DNA of 64,000 nt, taken from NCBI GenBank assembly GCA_030390025.1, contig CM059429.1:123070001-123134000 (forward strand), read 5' to 3'. Position 1 is the first letter of the stretch; each line of letters opens with the position of its first letter. Both the position numbers and the translations under genes were made by a program. Of this stretch, positions 51,565 through 62,882 are shown piece by piece. Origin of the DNA: Squalus acanthias. Its lineage: Eukaryota. Below the pieces are notes generated by a model. That model was not told the origin of the DNA. It saw only the letters and a program-made list of their open reading frames with translations, and searched no databases.

Positions 51565-52522
51565 CAAGCCCCAGGACATTGCTGCAGGAGTTCCTCAGGC
51601 CAGTGTCCTAGGTCCAACCATCTTCAGCCACTTCATCAATGACCTTCCCATCATCATTAGGTCAGAGGTGGGGGATGCTCGCTGATGATTGCAGAGTGTT
51701 CAGTTCCATTCGCAATTCCTCAGATAATGAAGCAGTCCGTGCCCGCGTGTAGCATGACCTGGACAATATGCAGGATTGGGCTGATAAGTGGTAAGTAACA
51801 TTCGCGTCACACAAGTACCAGGCAATGACCATCTCCAACAGGAGAGTCGAACCACCTCCCCATGACATTCAACGACATTACCATAGTCGAATCCCCCACC
51901 ATTAATATCCTGGGGGGGTCACCATTGATCAGAAACTTAACTGGACCAGCCACATAAATGCTGTGGCTCCTAGAGCAGGTCAGAGGCGAGGTATTCTACA
52001 CAAGTCAGGAGTGTGATGAATACTCTCCACTTGCCTGGATGAGTGCAGTTCCAACAACACTCAAGAAGCCCGACACCATCCAGGAAAAAGCAGCCCGCTT
52101 GAATGACACCCCATTCACCACCTTAAACATTCACTCCCTCCACCACTGGTGCAAAGTGGTTGCAATGTGTACCATCTGCAAGATGCATTGCAGCAACTCA
52201 CCAAGGCTTCTTCTACAGTCTCAAACCCACAATCTTTCCCACCTAGAAGGTCAAGGGCAACAGGCGCATGGGAACACAACCATCTCCACGCTCCCCTCTA
52301 AGTTGAACACCATCCTGACTTAGAAGTATATCGCCAATCCTTCATTTTCGCTGGGTCAAAATCCTGGAACTCCCTACCTAACAGCACTGTGGGAGTACCT
52401 TCACCACACGGACTGCAGCGGTTCAAGGCGGTGGCTCACCACCACCTTCTCAAGGGCAATTAGGGATGGGCAATAAATGCTGGCCTTGCCAGCAACACCC
52501 ACATCCCATGAATGAATAAATA
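51565..52522 (+). mobile_element. CR1-clade LINE RT and 3' end
   Basis: GVPQASVLGPTIFSHFINDLP..MLADDC, EYSPLAWMSA, tail ATGAATGAATAAA. Confidence 0.85.
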
Positions 52523-52644
52523 AGAATTTTTAAAAAGCCCTTAGTTTTCACAATAGGCTTAGAGAACTGAGTCTTTTTACTCTCGAAAAGCGTAGACTTC
52601 GGAGTTAATTAGTGGATGTATTTAAATTGATGAAGGAACTAGAC

Positions 52645-54701
52645 CAGTGTTGGGTAAAATACGGCCCTCCGGCCATACCCGGCCCGCCAGGCGGGACCGA
52701 AATAGAACAGCCCGAGCTGCACATTGTTCTGAGTTGAGTCACGGCTGCTCATCTCGATGACTCTTTTACTGAATAGAGAGACCGTCGCTCTCCTGGTACC
52801 CAGAGTACGACGGCGGGTGGGGGGTTTTCATCGCCAGAGTGGATCCTGGAGCACAAGGACTCCAGGTTATGGCGTGCGATTGTAGTTCAGCAGGCCTTGT
52901 GAAGCATCGGACTCCAGTGCCCAGCACACTAAAAAGAGAACACCTCTCGCGTTGGAGGCCCCGCAAACTCGAGCTGCTCTACCACGTAGGCTTTCAGTGC
53001 AACATATAATCGATCAATCAATCGTTTCATTCATTTAGTAACAGAAGATTTTACCACTTTACACTACATTTTGTGTATTAAGATAGTATCGGACTACTAT
53101 CTGAATTTATGCTTATAAATTATTGGGAGGGTAGAAGTGGGAGTGATGGTCAACACTATGAGTTGGCCCGTTTCAAATTTACCAATTTAGCACTTTGCTC
53201 TCACCAATGACTGCTAATGGGGTTATTAATTCTTGCACAATTATTCACTCGTTTTAATATTATCCCACTTAATTAGCATAGTGGAGGCATAAATAAATGG
53301 ACCCAGGTTTATTGGACAATGTATTCACTTTCTAATTTAAGCCCTTTTCCCCCATACCATGAACAATTTAAGTTCGTCATGACTGGCCAGTCCCAGTAAT
53401 AAATAGCACTCGGGGAAGAAATGTGTACTATAAAGGTACATTGGGCCAAAAATTCGGCCCTTCCCGGGTGAGTACGCACTGTGTACTCACCCGTAAGGCG
53501 TCCGAAGTGCCGGTTTCCTGCATGCGCGGGAAACCGGAACTTCCGGTCTGGTGAAGGGGGCGGTTCCTAGGTGAACCGCGTGCACGGTAGAGGCTGCGCG
53601 CACGCAGCAAACTTAGGTTTTTTTTTCAGGTTTCTACGGGAGGGTAAGTATTGAAGAACCTGCGCTTTTAAAAAGGAGGCGCAGGACCCGTTTTCAACAA
53701 GGTAAGTGGTTAATTAATTATAATTAAAAAAATTTTCAACAGGTTTATCTTTTTTAGATACTTTAAAGAAAGGTAAGTTTATTTTTAGCACTGTTAAAAA
53801 GTATTTTAATTTTTAAAAAAATTTAAATTTGTTTAAAGTAGTTAATTTATTTAACTTAGTTATTTTATAAATGTGATGGTTTTTTAAAAAAAAATTATTT
53901 TAAGTTTAGCTGTTCTTTTGGGGCCGATTTCAATTCATAGATTTGACAGGTCTTCCTGTCAAATCTATGAATGAAAGATGGTCTGCTGCCATTGGCTCTC
54001 CATGGCCCACGTGATCCCAGGGGACGCATCGCACTAACTACGCCCCTGGGACACGCAAGCACTGCGCGCCGGCACTTGGAGCAGGCCCAGGAGCTGAAGT
54101 TCCCGTGGGCCCAGAGGTCAACGGCAGGCGCAGTTGGTAAGTGCGCGCGCGATCCTTACCCCCGCGGCAAGCCGGAGAGGCGAATTTCAGGGCCAATATT
54201 TATGCCCATTCTCAAATGAAAGTTCGCAAACTCTATAGGCATCTTGGCTTTTCTCAGGAGTGATGGTACGTTGACAATGAACAAGCCCAATTTGATGGCT
54301 GATCTGGGGTGCAATTTGTCATTTTCCGAGTCACCTAATTATTTCTTAGCAAGGTTTCAAAGGCATCAAAGTAGCACTTCCATGTGCAATTTTTGAAGGT
54401 TGTACAAATAATTTTAACCTTGATTGTGCCTTATACCTTGCTTATAATTGCCGGTGGAAGCAGAATCAATCTCTCATTTTCCACTATAAGAATGAATTTA
54501 GACCATTTGGAATAAACACTTTTCAATGTGGCTCGTAAACCTATATCATGTTTGTTAGCATATTAATAAGTGTTGTCACTTTTATTAAGTGTGGAAATGA
54601 CGTGAAGGTTTTTTATACAATAAATGCCATTACAAATTTTAATGGTAGGCTCACCAAAACTTGTTAAGTGGCCCTCCAGCCCAAATAATTGTCCACCCCT
54701 G
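52645..54701. mobile_element. non-autonomous hAT (Charlie-like) DNA transposon with 8-bp TSD
   Basis: perfect AACTAGAC duplication (52637-52644, 54702-54709); termini CAGTGTTGGGTAA / TTGTCCACCCCTG; subterminal CGGCCC motifs. Confidence 0.8.
53443..54194. mobile_element. Harbinger-like MITE nested in the hAT element
   Basis: TIRs GGGCCAAAAATTCG / CGAATTTCAGGGCC; shares internal motifs with 20060-20758 (AAGTGCCGGTTTC, CATGGCCCACGTGATCC.AGGGA). Confidence 0.75.
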
Positions 54702-55550
54702 AACTAGACCGTGTTTGCATGGACAGATATTTGAATTAGTTAGGTTAGGGAAAACAAGCGGTCATACATATCAGCTATGTAAAGATAGAACTAGGTTAGA
54801 TATCAGGAGGTTTTTCTTTACACAGAGGGATATTGACACCTGGAACGAGTTGCTGTGGCTACTATCATGGCGTACAAAAGATAGGTGGGATGTTGGGTAC
54901 GTACCTCATGGTCACTAGTGATCTCCTGAATTTGTTTTGATCACCTTCGGGGACTGGAGAGAAATTGCCTAGATTCCCACCCTACCCCGAATTGGACTGG
55001 GGTTTTTAAAATATGTTTTTTGTGCCTCTCCCAGGAGATTACATGACTGCTGGTGAGATGGAACACTGGGGGTCATGATGCTTTGTTGCGTCACGACTGT
55101 TTAGGACAGGCTCGTTGGACCAGCCAGTCTTTTCCTGCCTGTCTTTTCATATGAAGGGAAAAAAACTGATTGAAACAGATTCAGTATTGTGTCCCAGAAA
55201 AGTTTTCAATTCTAGAAGAGCATAATTAGCTGATGCAGAAAAGGAAAAATAACTTAATATTTTATCCCGAGAAAAACTGTAGCTCTGGCCACCAGCTCAA
55301 ATTTAATTAAAAAACACACTGTTTGGCTTGATTTTTAACAATGTTCTCAATCCCTAAAACTCTAAAAACCTAAAAATATACAATTTAATCTAATTTCTCA
55401 ATTTAATTTCAATTTCTGTATAAAATTAAATTTATTTCATTTCACATTAATTTCTTACCAGCTTTATTCCCAACTAGGAATGGAGCCACATGATTTTCCA
55501 ATTTACTTAACTTACTTTAGCTATGAAATAAAGGAATGCTGCTGTTATTG

Positions 55551-55987
55551 TCAGCTGTGGCTCAGTGGGTAGCACACTTGCCTCTGAGTCAGAAGGTTGT
55601 GGGTTCAAGTCCCACTCCAGGGACTTGAGCACAAAAATCTAGGCTGACACTTCAGTGGAGTGCTGCACTGTCGGAGGAGACGTTAAAACGAGGCCCCGTC
55701 TGCTCTCTCAGGTGGATGTAAAAGATCCTATGGCACTATTTCGAAGAGGAGCAGGGGAGTTATCCCTAGTGTCCTCGCCAATATTTATCCCTCAATCGAC
55801 ATAACAAAAACAGATTATCTGGTCATTATCACATTGCTGTTTGTGGGAGCTTGCTGTGCGCAAATTGGCTGCCGCGTTTTCCCACATTACAACAGTGACT
55901 ACACTCCAAAAGTACTTCATTGGCTGTAAAGCGCTTTGAGACGTCCAGTGGTCGTGAAAGGCGCTATATAAATGCAAGTCTTTCTTT
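55551..55987 (+). mobile_element. near full-length tRNA-headed Deu-domain SINE (SacSINE1-like)
   Basis: Pol III A box TGGCTCAGTGG (55558-55568), B box GGTTCAAGTCC (55602-55612), Deu-like body, L2-like tail. Confidence 0.85.
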
Positions 55988-56760
55988 ATATAGCTTGGGA
56001 ATAGACTTCACAACGCTGGGCCACAAAATGCACCACAGAAGACTCTACAACCTCCCCTCTCATTCCTCTTCAGTTGGATTTGCTGGCTTTACATAAATAG
56101 AGCACAACAAATATAAACTACAGTGCAGCAAGTAGGAAACAGGATGACTCCATTCATAAATGCAAGATACATTATTCCTAAAGCCTTAGGATGCAATAGT
56201 TAACAATGCTGAACTGCAATTTATTTGGGTGGCAGTTGAGAATGTGCGTAATTGGCAGCTCAGCCAAACTGTACACTGGAAAAAAAATTCTAACTGAGAC
56301 ATTCTCCTTCCCCTCCAAGTAATCCTATGTTACATTAATATTAAGTTTCAAATCTTATCTGCATGAAAACTGTTGCATGAGGAACATGGACCTGTTGGGC
56401 CGAATGGCCAGTTTCTGTGCTGTAAATACAATGTACTTAACCTAGTAAGTGGTAACACACACAATTCTAGGCACTTTCTTTTATGTCACTCCATAATTCC
56501 CCTGTAAGACACAAGGTTCCAGTGGACCAACTAGAAACACAGCAAACTCTGCACAAGTCGCCAAAACACAAACTGCTAACAGCAATCGTCACCGGCAAAC
56601 TTTTTTCTTGCAGATTCTGTGTCACTACACTTGAAAGTATATTTGAGGTTTTTTTTTTAATGAAAACCGTTCAGTTTTAAAAGATTCCATCATGCCTGAT
56701 AAAGGATGTTATATTGCTCACACCTTTTATAGTTTTGTAGGAAAAAAAAGTCCCTATTTA

Positions 56761-56860
56761 TTCTGATGAAGGGTCCCAGACCTGAAACTTTAACTCTGTT
56801 TCTTTCTCCACGGATGCTGCCTGGCCTGCTGAGTGTTTCCAGCGTTTTCTGTTGTTATTC
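56761..56860 (+). mobile_element. solo Penelope tail with mutated hammerhead
   Basis: CTGATGAAGGGTCCCAGACCTGAAACTTTAACT then GATGCTGCCTGGCCTGCTGAG; matches 39664-39758. Confidence 0.75.
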
Positions 56861-56929
56861 CCTATTTATTCTATTTGTGGTCATTAAAGTGGGGGGTGTT
56901 GCACTGGGCATGCATTGCCAGCACCAAGT

Positions 56930-57250
56930 ATCCCCAAGTTAGGTGTAGCATGGCCAGTTCCAGAGGAAAGCTCCAGCTACGTTTGCTCCAACAAGATGCC
57001 TGAATTTTAATCTCAGAAGAGTACTCCAATGCACCAGTGACATTTCTATTTCAGACACAAGCTGTTTCTGGCACCTTTTTAAACTGAGACTGCCAGTTAG
57101 TTTCAAAATAGCGGCAGTTCTTCAGAGGCCTTGTGCCCAGTTGGAACCAAGTTGGCCACAAGTATCTCATGCGAGACCCTTGCAGCTGGCAAACGGGAGA
57201 AACTGTCACCTCCTCTGTTTAACGTGAAAGGAGAGCGTGCTAACCACAGT
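56930..57250 (-). mobile_element. degenerate LF-SINE-like element
   Basis: reverse strand has a tRNA-like start GTGGTTAGCACGCTCTCCTTTCAC and internal TGGCAGTCTCAG. Confidence 0.4.
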
Positions 57251-59399
57251 CGTCAGTAACAGCTCTCTTTAGTCTACCGAAGTGAATTCCTGCAAAGGTT
57301 CGCACCATCTAATCCTTATTTTCTAATTTAATATGCTAATATTCCCTTTGAGAGAAATTGTAAAACTGGCCACCAGCTCAAACTTAATAAATGAAACACA
57401 CGGGCATTAAAAAGTCACCTCACCATACCATAGTGGAATATCACAGACTGCTACAAACCCAAAGAAAGCCACTTACACCCACCACAGAAAGCCAACAAGC
57501 AATCGAGAAAGCTGTTCCAGAATATCTCACTTCCCCCTCCCTCTAATACAAATTTGGATTATATGGATCATTTTTAACCTGTCAACAATTGCAAAAGCTT
57601 TTGCGAATGTCCACGAGCCCCCGAGCCAATTGTGAAATACAATACAAAGAGCCATTTTCTGTGATGTAGTCTATATTAAAGTTCAAAACACTTCAGTAAA
57701 ATTGAAGTAAATAAAGCAATCTTTTTTTCCAGTTTCTCAACTAGGTAAACTACACGAGACTCTGAATGCAAAAATCACGTGGGAACTTTTTTTTTTTTTT
57801 GAAGATGTTCACATCTTGTGAATTCTGCAACAGCTACAAAACAACAAAGTCAAAATTCATATTCACAGACACATCTACAGCATTTATAATACAGATCAAC
57901 TACAACACCAGAGAACCTCATCACCATCCTTACAATCTATAAATCACACTCAGCCCGACAACATACCAAGTGGGATTTCATCATTTAAAAATAAAATCAG
58001 AAATGGAGGCAGATACAAAACATACCAAATTGGACAACACACATTTTCAGACATGTTCCATTGATACACCGAAGAAAATAACTATGAAATAGAAAACATA
58101 AGCTGCACAAAATTCTTCAAAATTAATGGGCTCTTGCTACACCAGATTTTGTTTTAAAAAGCAAACAATTAGTGAGTCACTTTGACCCCAATTTTTTGAC
58201 CCAAGATTTCTAATTGAAGGGTAATAAGAGAAAGTACTACTCTGTTCGAGCATGGAAACATATTCAACATTTCCCTTAAATGTGACAGAAAAAACATTCT
58301 TCCTGTGTGAAAAGGATTAGTTCTGTACTTTAGAAGAAATTGAGCTTTTTAAGTAGCAGTTGCTTATATAAAAGAAAATGTCCATATAATCTTAAAAAGA
58401 TATCACTTGTATACTAAAGCATTTTATAATAAACACAGGCTGTCAAACCTTTCGAGTGATAAGTTATCAGCCATGTGTCAGAATGATCCTCCGAGGTTTG
58501 AAAAGCATGTGTTTACCATAACTGCTGTACATTAGTCTAACAGAAGTTATCAACCTCATACTTTCTCCAAAGTAAATTTAGTGAGAACAGTCAAATATAC
58601 ATTCTCATTGCGAGGCCACTATTCCGGGTGGATGAGCTACATGAGCATTCACTGTGAATAAAGGCATTTTATGACCAACATTTTAACTTCTGCAAACAGC
58701 CTCTGTTATGGAAGCTCACGGCTCCAATTCTCCGAGCTGCCGTGAAACACCACTCCTGCATCAAGACAAGAGCGGGCTGATGTCAACCAGTCTGCCACCT
58801 GTAGCTAAATAGCTTTGAGGATCTGTTCAGTACTGAAGTGCTGGGAGCACACTGGCAGCAATGTAGCACTTCAATTCTGTGGGTAACCCTCTTTTCCCCC
58901 TCCCCCCCCCCCCCATAATACATTGTTACATCGAACATAAATTACTAAAATTTATGCACCCCTCAATATTAGAACGAATTTCAATAATCGTTCATGGAAG
59001 GGGAGGGAAAGGAATCTGCAAAGAGCATTTATGACACATCGTTTTGAAGAGAAACTACATGAACCTGTTAGATTTCTCAATGTCCTGCTGGTTTATAAAC
59101 ACTGAATAGTCAGTCAGCCAGCAGTAAGTGAAAGTTATGTAAATGTTGCAGTAAATGGGGTGTTAATGAAAATGGGTTAAAGCCATCAAATGTGACAAAA
59201 AAAATACCCAATGAACCACCCAATACTAGGTGAAATCAGTAAAGTTAAAAATCAGTCCTGTAAAATTTGTGATCTTGGAGACAACGCTGGACCATGGAAA
59301 CAGGAACAGTAGCAAACTGATTGAGATTTTCCTTATGGTAGTAGTGGGGAACACCAATTTTGCATCTGGCAGCAGTAATAAAAAAAAACTACTGCAAAG

Positions 59400-60425
59400 T
59401 TTAACCATTAGGAGAGGAAGGTGGAGAGGTAGAGGGGCTTGGTGAGGGGGGAATTTCAGAGCAAGAGATATAGGCAGCAGCGGGCATGGCTGCCAACTGT
59501 GGGATAAGGGGGGAGGGGAGGGGGAGAAGGGGATGCACAAGAGGCCAGAGTCAGATAATTGAGGGGAGATCGGGAAGGGTGGCATTTATAGTACTGAGGG
59601 AGGCTAGAGGAGAGCAGGGGCAAGGAGCAATTTAAATACAGGGGCAAGAACTTCAAAGTTGATGCGTTGGTTGATTGGTCACCAAGGTCAGGGGTGAAGG
59701 GTGAGTGGGACCTGGTGTGAGATAGGATACATGCAGCAGAATTTTGGATGAGCTGATGCCTGTGGAGGATGGGAGACTGGCCAGAAGAGCATTAGAATAA
59801 TTGAGCCTGGAGGTGAATAAAGCATAGATAAGGGTTTCCACAGCAGATGGGCTGCGGTAGAGGTGGAGGCAGGTGATATTATGGAGGTATAAAGTCGGCA
59901 GTCTTTGTGATGGAGAGGATTTGGGGTTGAACAAGATTCTGTTTCAGCCTGAGATGGTGGCAGGAAGGGGATGGAGTCACTGCCGAGGTTATGAGGTTTG
60001 TTGTCATGGCCAAAAACAATGGTTTTGGGCTTCCCAATGCTTAGCTGCATAAAATTAGGTCTTGCCCAAGACTGCATGTTGGACAAGCAGTCTGGCAACA
60101 CAGAGGCAGTGGAGGGATCATGAGAAGTGGTGGAGGGGTAGAGTTGGGTGTCACATCAGGGTACATGTGGGGGCTGTCGCCAGATCTGCAGATGCCATCA
60201 CCAAGAAACAGCATGTAGATGATGAAGAGGAGAAACCCAAGGATGGATCCTTGGGGGACTCTCATGGTGACAGCATGGGGCTGGGAAGAGAAGCTATTGC
60301 TAGAGATGCTCTGGCTACCATTGGATAGGTAAGAGTGGGACCAAGCGAGGGCAGTCCCACGGAGCTGGACAAGAGGAGAGATGTTGGAGGAAGATGGCGT
60401 GATCGATCGCGTCGAAGGCTGCAGC
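59400..60425 (-). mobile_element. L2 LINE RT fragment
   Basis: RVPQGSILGFLLFIIYML, CLSNMQSWARPNFMQLSIGK, SRLNYSNALLASL. Confidence 0.85.
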
Positions 60426-62164
60426 TGGAGTTAAGGAAAACAAAGTTATCGTCTGCTGCTCTCTCCTATTGTCAGTAAACATGAATGTAAAAATATTTAA
60501 ATTCTGCTACAGAAAAGGAAAGACACACTTCTCCAGCAATTTTCTACAGCCTTCCTGGGGCAAACAGTGCTTAATGTCACACAAAGCACAACAAATACAC
60601 CTAAAGAAAGGCACATATCAGAAATATTAATTCTTGTAACATTCAAAACTCGGCAAAGCAGAGGGAACTTGATCCTAAAGCCAAGCATTTTCATTGTCAC
60701 TCAAAAGTAGGTGTCCATTTAGATAAGAGACATAGATTATTCAGTGTATCGTCTGCAGCATGGCCAGTTCCACCATATTACTGCAGCATTAAAAAGTTAC
60801 ATCGCCAATCAATAACCCAGAATGTAGAAAAAAATTCCAGATCGTCCTTGTTAAATGAGTTACTATTACTGAAATACATGATCCATTTCGATTATATAAG
60901 CACCATCATGCTCATCTTTCATCCCAATTACAATCTCTATCATTTCCTCAATCTAGAAGCTGTTTTCAATCAACATATTCACTTATTACAGTGGGTTATA
61001 TGCTAGCTACCATCTCCTCTTGTATTGAATTCTTGATTGGACAAGCCCTCTGAATTTAACATGCACCATGATTGCATGTATCAAAAACAGGGTGCCAATC
61101 ACAATCTTTTAAAAGGCTATTCGCGTTATACTCCATCACGGAAATGAGTACCAAAGTGCATTCAAAACACAGGGCTGGCATGTAAAACCAGGGTACCTCA
61201 GGCCAGAGAAAGAATCTCATTATAGCAACCTTGTCATGAGTTTCTGCAGAAGATGCCAGATCAACTGATTTTATTTGTTTCTCCACACTTTGTGTGTCCC
61301 ATTCTTTCATAATTACATGCTTTAATCGTTCCTTTTGCCAATTACAGGCTCAGTTTTTATACATTTCTCCTATTGCTCACTAGCTGTTTTCTTCTTTCTG
61401 CTTCTTTCTCTATTGAAGCTGTGCACTGAAGGACAATACTATACTCTGAAGAAGCAAATGAAAGAATATGTATAATAGGATTCAATTCTTGGACAATTAC
61501 TTAAATTCATCGGCTCAATTGCCTGCAATAATGCTTGTAAAAGATTTTCAAAATCATTCAGTATAGCCAGTATATAGATATGCAAATGCTATTATTTTAA
61601 ACAGAAAGGTTTTAATTTTCATCAAATAAGTACATTTGTCTTGGTTCAGTTTCTTTAATTCATAAATTAGCATTTTATTCAAGCTCTGAGCATTTAGTGA
61701 TAGCAGAAATCCAGATCTTTCATCAGGGAATGTGGCTCATAATATGGAAAGTACTTTTTAAATTTTGGATGCCGTGAATGATTATTCTGCTGGGCTGTAA
61801 GTGAAAGCTCACTTCGCTATATCAGTACTGAACAACAGTCTTGGTCTTGGGGAGTAAAGGCCCAAAGGCATAACTTTATCCCGACTCCCCACCCCGGCCA
61901 AGAGGCAAGTGAACACGTCACGTAGAATGCAGACTAACCCAGGGCGCTTTTGTTACATCTGGAGCTAGTGTTCGATGGGGTAGGTTTGCAGTGCAGACTA
62001 TTTGGAACTGGATTTAAATCATTTAGTACCATTGCAGCCATAGAAGAGAAACCCCAATCCCATCATTTGGGCTGGATTCAAACCCAGGTTCCAGAGATAA
62101 AATAAAAACAGAAAACGTTGGAGAAACTCAGCAGGTCAGGCAGCATCTGTGAAGAGAGAAACAG

Positions 62165-62201
62165 AGTTAACGTTTCAGGTCGATGACCATTCGTCAGAAC
62201 T
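62165..62201 (-). ncRNA. minimal hammerhead ribozyme (left arm, minus strand)
   Basis: reverse complement AGTT-CTGACGA-AT-GGTC(atc)GACC-T-GAAA-CG-TT-AACT. Confidence 0.6.
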
Positions 62202-62480
62202 GGAAAAAAGCAGGAAATGGAACAGATTTTTAAGCAAGCGAAGAGGCTGGGAAAGGGGGGAGGGGATGAAAGAACAAAAGGGAAGGTCTGTGATAGGATG
62301 GAAGGCAGAAGAGGTTAAGAGACATTAAGAGATATTCAAGGCAAGACATATCTCTTAATTTCTCTTAACCTCTTCCACCTTCCATCCTATCACAGACCTT
62401 CCCTTTTGTTCTTTCATCCCCTCCCCCCTTTCCCAGCCTCTTCACTTGCTTAAAAATCTGTTCCATTTCCTGCTTTTTTC

Positions 62481-62517
62481 AGTTCTGACGAAAGGTCATC
62501 GACCTGAAACGTTAACT
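62481..62517 (+). ncRNA. minimal hammerhead ribozyme (right arm)
   Basis: AGTT-CTGACGA-A-AGGTC(atc)GACCT-GAAA-CG-TT-AACT; stem I AGTT/AACT, palindromic ACGT stem III. Confidence 0.7.
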
Positions 62518-62882
62518 CTGTTTCTCTCTTCACAGATGCTGCCTGACCTGCTGAGTTTCTCCAGCATTTTCTGTTTTTATTTCAGATTTCCAGCATCTGC
62601 AGTATTTTCTTTTTGTCCCAGAGATGAAAGGTCAGTGGTCTAAGGCACACAAATATTTTAAACTGACACAGTGTTGAAGAAGAGATCACTCATAAGTTTG
62701 GATAAAACCCAATGTTGCCTTGTAACTGGGATCACAAATCAGCATTTATAGGTGTACATTGCAACAGATTGCAGATCCCCAATACAAAAATACATCAAGA
62801 TTTCAATGAAAGATAAGTTTGTGATGTTACTTCTTGCATATATGCACACACACAGGACAATTCAACACATGCACATTTTCAA

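Larger units (their letters stand above)
62099..62617. repeat. long inverted repeat made of two Penelope tails (arms 62099-62335 and 62348-62582, 12-nt loop)
   Basis: arms are near-perfect reverse complements; flanked by a CCAGAGAT duplication (62091-62098, 62618-62625). Confidence 0.93.
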
